Assembly: GCA_051294905.1 (NCBI GenBank)
Contig: CM119371.1
Span: forward strand, 8,992,001-9,052,000
Direction of reading: 5' to 3'
DNA from: Botryllus schlosseri
Taxonomy: Eukaryota
Length of the DNA stretch: 60,000 bases
Shown: piece after piece, positions 50,693-60,000 of the stretch
How the letters are laid out: every line of letters starts with the position of its first letter
How positions within the stretch are numbered: position 1 is the stretch's first letter
Program-made: the position numbers and the translations under genes
Notes under the pieces: generated by a model
Databases searched by the model: none
What the model was told of the DNA's origin: nothing
The model's input: the letters and a program-made list of their open reading frames with translations, nothing else

Positions 50693-52390
50693 ATGAGTAC
50701 TAGTGATGAGGACCGACAACGGCCTGCTTCGAGATTGTTCAAGGTTAGCGCCTTGAAGAATACACGTAGCAACACCGACGATGATGAAACCGGCCTTGGT
50801 CGCGCATAACGACCAAAATATAAATCACCATATTCGTCATAGATATATACTTGTGCTAATGTTGGTTAGTTGTACGTTCGTACATTACTCAGGTGGTATT
50901 GATTTAGAATACTTCAACGGCTTTTTAGGCAAGCCGCGCTCAAATTTTACCAGATATGTTAGGAAGTATAAAGTAAGCTAATATTTAGATATAGCCAATA
51001 CTTGCATCGTTCTCCTGAGTGAAATTGTCATTGGGAGGGATGTTACTCCTTTCCTTAGTTATATATACCAACGAAATAGCGTAATGGTGAAGCATCTGGC
51101 TTCTTGATCCGTAAGTCGCGGGTTCGATCCCCGGCCGGGTCAGACCAAAGACCTGATTAGTAATACTGGTATCCGTGACTTCCCGGCTTAGTGCTCATGA
51201 ATTACTGGGATAGCATGGGAGGGTGGTCTAAGACTGAGAAAGCCGTAACAGCTATATATACACCTTCCATGTCCAGCGGCATATGCACATCATGCACTCA
51301 TGGTATGCATATGCACGGATCGTGTGTATGTGTATATCTCTATATCATGAGTCGGTGTGACCAAAATAAACAACGCCCTTTCCTTTTTACATGATACTCC
51401 CGAAGATTCAATTGCAAATTTGAAGGCTGTCATTGGCGATTTCCCGGAAATCGCTGCGTTGGGATAATCAATTCGCACAAATCGAAATTTGCAAACACAG
51501 TTTCTCGAGATTTACCTGTAGTAGTAGTAGTATGCCGAATGCCATTATTGTTTCCTAACCAACTATTATGACATATATTGAATACCTTGAAATCACCAGA
51601 GAAAACTCACTCAAGGTAATACTACCTTACAAAGAGTATGATTTTGTAGCAGTGTGGTATTTTCTAGCTAAGTATTGGAAATATTATCGGGGAATGTCTA
51701 TCAACGTTATATCATTTGGCGTAACAACAAATAATGACATACAGCATTTTTTAGAAACTGGATCATCCCGATCGCCTTTAGCTATATGAAGAGGGGAGAC
51801 CCTTATATCATAACAAGGTTAATGAGTAAGTTTTTGAGGAGGCGGTAATCAGGCGAGAAAGTTAAATTATCGAGACATCAATTCTTGCGCAACACAAAGA
51901 TAAAATTCCGAATTGAACAAATATACCAGAGAATACGCTATTTCACGTCGATTTGCGACATTATGTCGGGGCCTTTTTGATGTTGCCTCCCATCATTTGG
52001 GTTGCAGATTGCAGCTTTACGAGTGTGACTCTACTCTGAACCATCAGGTCACCATTTTCTAGTTACAGCTCATATAAGGTTGGTCTTGCAGATGATGAAC
52101 TATAGCAACTTTTGTAATTGAGCAAGACCAACTATCGATTACACCAATTCCAACAAGTGTAACTGGTTGGAAGGCGTCTGATAAGATGCAGCCAAATCAA
52201 TCGAATTCGAACAAGGTTATGAGTGTTCGTACAACGCATTCATCACGAAAGGTGCCACCACCGACCGAGTCAGTTGCTTCTAAAGGAGCCGTTGAACTTG
52301 CCCCTCTAGAGGTGCTTCCGACTAAGATTATTTACAGATGATCACAGCTACAGGAATATGTTTTAATGGCGGTGCCATCATCAATATCAC
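50693..52390 (+). pseudogene. Copy D pseudogene: first coding exon from 50693 with premature stop; middle exon 52092-52390 with frameshift, TGA and GC donor; no terminal exon found
   Basis: MSTSDEDRQRPASRLFKVSALKNTRSNTDDDETGLGRA*. Middle exon cttgcag|ATGATGAA...IEQDQLSITP...LPTKIIYR*SQLQEYVLMAVPSSIS then C|gcgagt. Confidence 0.8.
51072..51390 (+). mobile_element. tRNA-derived SINE, family 2, copy 1
   Basis: tagcgtaatggt A-box, gggttcgatcccc B-box, then cgggtcagaccaaagac and a body shared with the copies at 52634 and 58602. Confidence 0.85.
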
Positions 52391-52555
52391 GCGAGTTTGC
52401 TCCATAACCAAAAGAGAACACCTTACACCCTTATCGAGAATATTCTGTATATTTACACCCAAAAGGTGGTACACGAGAATAAAGCATACCTTAAAACGAT
52501 AAGCCGGTTTGATTAAAACAACATTTTGATCAAAATGAAACTTGTCAAACTACAA

Positions 52556-53624
52556 CAGGGCTGGGCAAACTTTTTAGCTCGCGAGCCGCATTCAACATTT
52601 GAATCCATTCGCGGGCCACACTGCGGGCCGTATCCGACAAGATAGCGTAATGGTCAAGCGTCCGGCTTCTTGATCGTTAGGTCGTGGGTTTGATCCCCGG
52701 CCGGGTCAGACCAAAGACCTGATTAGTAACACTGGTATCCATGGCTTCCCTGCTTGGCGCTGATGAATTACTGAGATCGCATGGAGGGGTGGTGCATGAC
52801 TTGGAAAGCCGTAAAGGCTATATCTGCACTTCCTTGTCCAGCGGCATTGGCACATCATGCACTCATGGTATGCATACGCTCAGATCGTATGTATGTGTAT
52901 CAAGCGTCGGTGTATGCCGCAAAAACATCAAGGACAAAAATAAACTACGTCCTTTCCTATATAAAATTGTGATACTGAGCCAAAATTCAACATTGTCATT
53001 TCATTATATAGCGACCGACGGCATGGAAATAATATATATCTACTTGTATATTAAAAAAAACATTGGGTTGATGATAACGTACACGCGTCAGAAACATTGA
53101 CGATGATTTATAAGCTAGTAGTCCTCATTGTCAAAATTAGGGATGAACGTCGGCTGTAACAACTCTTAGAACTGGACATAAATTTGAGTCTGTGAGCAGC
53201 GAACTGGTCATAGATTTGTTTATTGTACTTTTGGTTTACCTCCGGGACACAGAATGCTGACAGCATCATAACCATGCTACCTTCAAATACGTTTCTACAA
53301 TATAAATATAAATATTTCTAAACATACAAAGAACGAATCTATCTAACACGCTCGCCTGTCGGTTTTGTTAGTACAGCACTAAAAGTAATAAATTTGCTCG
53401 TGTTGCCAATCTAAAATCGCACTCGTGGTCCAAGTTAAGTCATTTACGTTTCTCTGTCTGTGACGTTTAGCAAGTGAATCCTTTCAAAATGCGCGAGCCC
53501 CGAGGTCGGGCTATTGTGCCATCAATGAGGTGGAAAAATACTATATGGTAAGAGTGTAACTTATCATTATCATGTTAAAATATAAGTAGAGAAAAAGCCG
53601 CGGGCCGTAGTTTGTCCACCGCTG
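52556..53624. mobile_element. Older Charlie-like MITE (cagggctgggcaaact...agtttgtccaccgctg) containing SINE family 2 copy 2 (~52634-52960)
   Basis: Degenerate TIRs and gcgggcc subterminal motifs. TSD not recognisable. The SINE is clearly homologous to 51072-51390. Confidence 0.65.
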
Positions 53625-53985
53625 ATCTTGGACAAGCACAAATGGATTAGAAAGGAACGTAGGAGCATTAGGGCGTTGGAAGGTATGCCCGCAGGCGCGT
53701 ACAGAATTTATGATTCACACCAGGAATTGATCAGAACCGTATAGATCTTTCTCAGAGTAACCAAAAAATGAGCTAGCGATCAAATATATGCATAGAAAGA
53801 ACACCCTCCTATTGATAATGATAATAGGCTCATACCGTGCAATAATTTAATCGAAACATACAGATAAGGAAATACTGTTCAGTTTCTACTAATCCTGGTA
53901 AAATAGTCGTTCGACACCCCGAGAACGGGCTTAACAAATATAGTCTATCAATGACGTTCACTGATATGCAAAGTACAGTCTAAGA

Positions 53986-55325
53986 CAGACGTTCTCAACC
54001 TGGGGGGCGCGGGAGGCTCTCAGGGGGGCGCGAGAGGCTCTCAGGGGGGCGCGAGAAATTTTTGTCAATTTTGTCAATGTCCGTATAAATTGTGACTAAA
54101 TATGTGTTTCACAACCATTCTGAAGATACGATTATTGAAGATTAAACTTAATTCGTAGTCTAGAAAGCTTGCCAAACTCAAACTCCAGCAGTCGCGCTCG
54201 ACGGAGTATAGGCTGACTTCAACTTCATTTCAGCAAATTTTTGATATTCTTTGAAGATTTAGTGAAATTCCTACGTGCAAGTCATTCATTACTTTATAGC
54301 TTTGGCATTAGCCTAAATCTCCGTGCGCTAGGTAGCTGTTGTTGATAGTTGGCGAACTGCACTGCCTAAGACAGACTTAGATGCAATATAGGTTGCCCGG
54401 TTTCGCCCTCAATTTGGCTATAAATCAACACAATTTAATTCATTTCCAAACCTGATCAAATTTAGCATGGCAGGACAGAACGACGCCGTGCTCTTTGTAG
54501 TCACTACCAGTATCAGGATTATTCTCAGTGCAACCTACCTTGAAATTAATTGATATCCTTTTCAATGTTTTTTTTTGTTATCTTCAAACAAGTTTGGGGA
54601 GGTTTGTCAGCAATGTAAAAGACTAAACAACTGGAATGCGGATTCAAAACTGGCGTAAGATATCCCTTATGTATACTATTAGATCAGCGGTGGGCAGACC
54701 GTACGGCCGCATACGGCCGTAGAAGGGAATTTGTGCGACCGTCGACGCCTAATTCAATTGGTATGTGTTGGCAGCCGCAGACATGCAAATTGCGATTACG
54801 AATTCACTCTCGAATTTTTCATTATTCTTGAAATTTTCTTCGCGCTCCGCGCAATTCAACAAGACTTCATTTTTCGATTTTCGTGCAGTAGCGCCCTTTT
54901 TAATTGGAGCAGAAATGGGAATCCACAAGAAATAACAATTCATTCGCGGCTCTGAAAAATTTTCGCGCTTGGCGCGACAATATGCACTCATAGCAAATAT
55001 TCAGAACATTGCCACTCTCGATTTCGGTGCGTACAATAGGCCGTTGTGAAAAGTAGAATATTCCGGACTTCACCGGGAATGAATATGGACAGTTTACCAT
55101 AGGTATTTTGCGTCTAGATCGTTCATTGTGGCTATGCACTGGAATGCGGCCTTATAGGCTACATAATAATCGAAATGCTGCCATGATTAGCAGGAAGGTT
55201 GCCCACCTCGATATTAGATGATGTGCTCTTTTTGACATGACGATAAATGTAAAGGGGGTCAGGGGGCGAGATTATTTTGACCATCGCCAATGGGGGCGCA
55301 TGTCAAAAAAGGTTGAGAACCGCTG
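53986..55325. mobile_element. hAT-Charlie-like MITE (TIR CAG..GTTCTCAACC) with nested MITE 54685-55211
   Basis: Perfect TSD gtctaaga. The inner element has TSD tattagat and homology to 11071-11825. Confidence 0.88.
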
Positions 55326-56519
55326 GTCTAAGATGTCTAGCGCAGTACCGTTTTAACTCGTACGCCAAAACCGTTAGCGATCTTGGGTCATGGAAGCATT
55401 TCATCGTTAGATACATAGATAGCTGTTGGATTGATTCTAATGCTGATGAAATATTCAGTGTTGTTAGTTTGCTACTTCCATTTCATCAAACAACATGTTG
55501 GTAATGGAGTATTTATTCAACTTGAAGCTTCTATATCTGGCAGTTAGCACGAGTAATCGTATAGAGTTCACGAGTGCGCTTACCAGTAATTATTGTTGTC
55601 TAGCACCGAGAGTTCTTGTTGCATTGTGAGTAGAACTTGAAGTCTACCCTGGAATAGTTTCACAACGAAGGTGTCCCGCGGGGGTTTCGAATTCCTATAC
55701 AGTCGAAGGAAAACTATCTGTACTGCAAACTCGATAAATCCAGGTTATCCTATAAGTCAGTCATACTTTTCTGATACAGCGACGTCACCATTGCTGAGCG
55801 TACTTCGTCTTCTCGTATTTAATAGAAGGAATCAACTTGAAAATCGCACTAGGCACGTGACGAGTCCGGCAGCCTCTGCTTGACGGCTAACAAGTTTTCT
55901 GCATAGTTGGGATTGTGATCATGGTGGCGAGTGATTTTCCATATAGGGGAGATGCCTCACACTTTTTCATCTGTCGAATCTCGAATCCTCCTTTAATAAT
56001 AACCCACCAACCACGCGTGTGTCATGAGAATTTTTTTTTATTCATTTTAAAGAGGTTATGATTTTAATATATTTTTATTATGAATATAATAAAGAAATTC
56101 TTATTAAAATTTTGTACCACGAAAGGTACAATGTAAAGTTAGAGGCACTATTGCGAACAATTAGGCCGAAATACAACCAAAAATGCTCGAAAACAGAATC
56201 CGTGGGTAAACAAATACATCCAGCAGAAAGAAGTAGTGTAATTAAAGTGAATTTGCGTCATGTGGGCGATCCAAATTGTAGTCGTATCTACATTTCTCCC
56301 TCCACCCGGCACGAAGTCTCAGTGGCTATCTATTCCAAGTTACAAATACGTTCAGCAACGAGGTTACAACACGGTATCATTGTTCAATCTTGGCCACTGG
56401 TAACGGTGACTTTAAATGTAACTGCGTGGGCGATATTGAGGCACGTTTACCATTTTCACTACGTTGTCAGCATGATGTGCATACTCAGTATAAGAAGTGT
56501 CCTTGCGGACGACGTATAG

Positions 56520-56836
56520 TTAGGAGTTTCCATACGCTGCTTGATATTGGATCGCCTGCTGCGCCCGCATTCTTTCTTCTCGTTTGCGTTTGATTTCTGC
56601 CTCCATCTTCCGAATTTTTCCAAACATCACGAGACCGATAACTATCATGCACACGGCCAGCAGCATAGCAACTGCCCCGACAGTTATGAATACAATGGAA
56701 ATGGCGCCTGTGAATGTCCCGACCGCCGTTTGCACTATGCCGTTGATGAGCAATGGAAGGCCCACCGTGAAACTAATAATTCCCACCACGTATATAATTA
56801 TCATCTTTATTCCGTTGCGTCTCATCAAAGCTTGAT
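56520..56836 (-). CDS. Terminal coding exon of a convergent gene encoding a two-TM protein with a C-terminal coiled-coil-like tail
   Basis: Strong acceptor tttttactttttactccatttcag|AT (phase 1). Open frame QALMRRNGIKMIIIYVVGIISFTVGLPLLINGIVQTAVGTFTGAISIVFITVGAVAMLLAVCMIVIGLVMFGKIRKMEAEIKRKREERMRAQQAIQYQAAYGNS*. AATAAA on the minus strand at ~56040-56080. Confidence 0.75.
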
Positions 56837-56967
56837 CTGAAATGGAGTAAAAAGTAAAAAAACGTATGGATGTAGCCTAATTTTAGGTTGTTTCATATAT
56901 CGTTTAATAAACATGGTATCACTCGACACCGTCCGTGAACTGGTGACCGGAGATGGTCAGTGACAAG

Positions 56968-57467
56968 TAGGGCTGGGCAAAATCGGATACCTGAGTGATT
57001 CGATTCTGAATCACGTTTTATGCTTCGAGTCGAGTATTCAAGTATTACTCTGTATGACGTCCTAAAAGAACGTAATATGTCAAAATTCAAATATGTACCT
57101 TTTATGTCACCACAAAGAATATAATGCCTCTTATCCATCATATTAAAGATACTTTAATATTTTTTTGGCCATGCCGATCTCATTGTACTTTGTGACATTG
57201 CTGTGGGATGATCATGACTTTAGAAATGTTTTATTTCCAGTAACGTACGTAGCTTTGGACTATGTTTAGTATGCTGCGATACGGCTAATCACTGCAGTGG
57301 CAAAGAGCATCGAAACTATATTTCATGTTGATAAATTAACGTTCAGTAGCGAGGAGCGTACCGGTATCATTTCAGTAGTCGGAAATATCATCTTTTACTA
57401 CTCGACTCGTTAAAATTGATACTGGATTCAGATTCCGAGTATACTCGAATCATTCTGCTCAGCTCCA
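56968..57467. mobile_element. hAT-type MITE (tagggctgggcaaaat...attctgctcagctcca) with GATTC/ACTCG repeats, in the intron of the minus-strand gene
   Basis: Degenerate TIRs and TSD gtgacaag/gtaacgag. Confidence 0.65.
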
Positions 57468-58090
57468 GTAACGAGGCACTTCGACTTATTCGGAGTAAGC
57501 CAGTTTGCTTTGCTTCCTTGCACCATAGCCACGGCGTGTTATTTTTGGCGTTACTGGAGCCAGATGCCAAAACTGCCAAAAATTAAAATTTGAAAATGTC
57601 CAAAATAACGAATTTTGGGCATATGCTAAAAATAGCACGGCCTGCCAATAGTGTATTTCGTGCATGGTGTTGTGTTCCCAAGACCGCGTTACAAGCGAGA
57701 AAAGCGTTTGTGCAGGGCAGGCTTCCTAATCTGGGCTCCAAGCCACCCAATAGGGGTGAAAGCATAGTGTTCTAAATGGTCTGAACACAGCGAGATGGAA
57801 CGACTCACTGCATTTGGTTTACGTCATACTTACTGTTAACATCACTTTCATATGTGAAATTTTTAGAACTGGAAATTTTCAGAACTGTGCGAAACGTTCA
57901 GCCTCGTATCACGGTATCTATATACTATATAGGCTATATATGTAAATATATTTTCGAAAATGCACCCATTTGTTGTATAATTGTTAATTGGTTATCACGG
58001 GATAGTCGTGAAAATGCACCCTGTAATTTCGAAAGTAGCGACCTTTGATCAACTGCGTATGTGATCAGTCGCACAAATCCTCTTTTTAAA

Positions 58091-58960
58091 ACGGTTGCCC
58101 GACACGTGAGCATGCGACACATTGAACAACGACAGATCAACATGCGACACTTCACCATGCGTCACTTTGGTATGTGGTTTCACAACCCCAAAACTTACCC
58201 TAACCTCAGCCATAACCCTGAAATCAACACTTACATAATCATAGGAAAGGACGCAGTTTATTTTTGTCCTATTGGTGAAAAAGCCGGACGCTTCACCAGT
58301 ACGCTATCTTGTCGGCGACTTTGATTGTTGCGACAACCTTGGCTACATTGGCTTTATTTTGAATCTGGAATATATGCGAGCCTGCGAGGGACGTAGTCAC
58401 TATAGTCAGCGTAATCTCGACTTATTAATTAATAGGATTTAAAGTAAACCAATTTCCGTTCCGGTTTAGTTTATACAGCCTATGGTTTTATTCCACGCAG
58501 CAATATTCAAAAGTAGGTTTTATGTTTTGAATTCCAAGCAACGGGCACGCGGGCCGCTCAGTATAGCTACTTTGCAAGGGTCTAGTCTAAACCATTACCA
58601 TCCGAGCGAGATAGTGTAATGGTTGTGCGTCCGGCTTCTCGATCGGTAGGTCGTGGGTTCGATCTCCGGCCGGGTCAGACCAAAGACTCGAAAACTGGTA
58701 TCCGCGATTATCCTGCTAGGCGCTCAGCAATCACGGATAGCATGGAGGAGAAAAAACCGGGGGTGCAGACTAGATGACCTTGCTATGAAGGTCGTATCGA
58801 ATCTCCGTCGTCAAAGCATCTCGATGGTGCAGGCGAAAAAGAATACCATATCTCTCTCAGCCCCGACCCAAAATTTTACCCACATGCTCATCTGTCGCAT
58901 ACCGAAATGTCGCACGCTGAAGTGTCGAATGTTATTATGTCGCATGCTCAGGGACCTATT
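58091..58960. mobile_element. Non-autonomous DNA element with inverted arrays of ~15-nt CATGCGACA repeats; contains SINE family 2 copy 3 (~58602-58800)
   Basis: Left array 58105-58175 and right inverted array 58880-58950, with cctaacc-like motifs. SINE head gagatagtgtaatggtt...gggttcgatctccggccgggtcagaccaaagac. Confidence 0.65.
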
Positions 58961-59756
58961 GAAACATCTTACCGGAGTACAATTACGAAATTGATTTCCT
59001 ATTTCCATTTCAAGTCGTTCTCACAAGTCTTGGAAATCCCTATCTCTGCTAGTAATTCAGAAGGAGCGAAAGCTCACCGAGGCCCGACACGTATTTTTTG
59101 CATACTGCCGTTGCAGTTACGGAATCGTACACACTCTTAGCGAAAAGGAGGTGTACTCACACTCAAAGCACCAAAAAGGGTGATACACGAAAACAGAACT
59201 TAACTCATAATTATGTCACGATCATAAACCCTACGTGCATACCTTCGTGCATTCCTACGTGCATATTGCATAATTTGGATAAAATTGTTGTACTCGAATT
59301 ATACCGTGATATAAATATGAGTTAGGTTCTGGTTTCGTGTGCCTTGAGTGTATATTCACACCCGTGTATCAGGGGTGGTACACGGGTGGAAACACACACC
59401 TCAAACACCCTAAAGGTAAAGGTTAATTTTACAGCGGTCTATACCAAACTCATTGTAATCTCAATGATAATTGACAAACTAAAATAAGTACCAATACAGT
59501 ACCAAGGAGCGTATGCATATTGCACATAGGAACGTTGGAAGGTGAACACGTAGGCGTGTAAGATTTATGACACCTACACCCACGAATCAATCAAAACGGT
59601 ATCTTTCACGAAGTTAACAAAAGAGCTAAACCAGTGTGAATTGGGGAAAGTAAAATGCCGATTGATGATAATGATTAGCTCAAAGTGGCTCGATAGAGAA
59701 AACACGGATATAATGAAATGCATTACAGTCGCTAACAAGTCCGGTGAAATATTCAA

Positions 59757-59969
59757 TCAAAACCCGAGAACGCGGCTTCCTATTACTGAGGTAGGTTCTG
59801 ATTCCGTAGATCGCATCTCGGGCGTGGATACACGCCCTTTTCGCTTCAGCTGCTCGTACCAGCCCGTATTGAAAGCAATCAATCGGCCGTCAAAATAAAC
59901 TGCGATGTATGCGTCAGCTCTTACTACCTCCATTGAAGGATTGACGACACTGTTTTGCTTGCTATTCAT
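59757..59969 (-). other. Candidate upstream coding exon(s) of the minus-strand 2-TM gene
   Basis: ATG at 59969 opens MNSKQNSVVNPSMEV... with possible donors (gtaaga, gtaata). I could not find a phase-1 donor matching the 56836 acceptor. Confidence 0.25.
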
Positions 59970-60000
59970 GCTGATTATACCACGGAAACGATATCACAAA

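Noticed and set aside
51072..51150. tRNA-like sequences (also 52634, 58602, 35391)
   Set aside because: A and B boxes are present, but there is no proper acceptor stem and each continues into a shared non-tRNA body, so they are SINE heads rather than tRNA genes.
56058..56519. 153-aa plus-strand ORF
   Set aside because: It lies antisense to the probable 3' UTR of the minus-strand gene, starts in very AT-rich sequence and has no recognisable motif.

Overview
This is eukaryotic, AT-rich invertebrate-type genomic DNA with GT-AG introns, tRNA-derived SINEs and many hAT-type MITEs. The organism cannot be fixed from sequence; a marine invertebrate such as a tunicate is only a guess. The backbone is a head-to-tail tandem array of five paralogs of an unrecognised gene on the + strand. 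Each has a non-coding first exon plus three coding exons joined by phase-1 introns. The ~250-aa product has a long acidic/Ser-rich N-terminus, a basic juxtamembrane helix, two TM helices with a short loop and an acidic tail. Copies B (30.2-33.0 kb) and C (44.1-49.0 kb) are intact. Copy A (15.9-18.6 kb) has lost one splice acceptor. The flanking copies 0 (1.3-2.5 kb) and D (50.7-52.4 kb) are degenerate. The last exon of a convergent minus-strand gene with a similar 2-TM design lies at 56.5-56.8 kb. The intergenic space is filled with independent, often multiply nested transposons: hAT MITEs with 8-bp TSDs, a hAT/ZnF-TTF transposase derivative, a PIF/Harbinger element, foldback elements, an L2/CR1-type LINE fragment, a Gypsy 3' end/LTR, SINEs and a possible Kolobok remnant.
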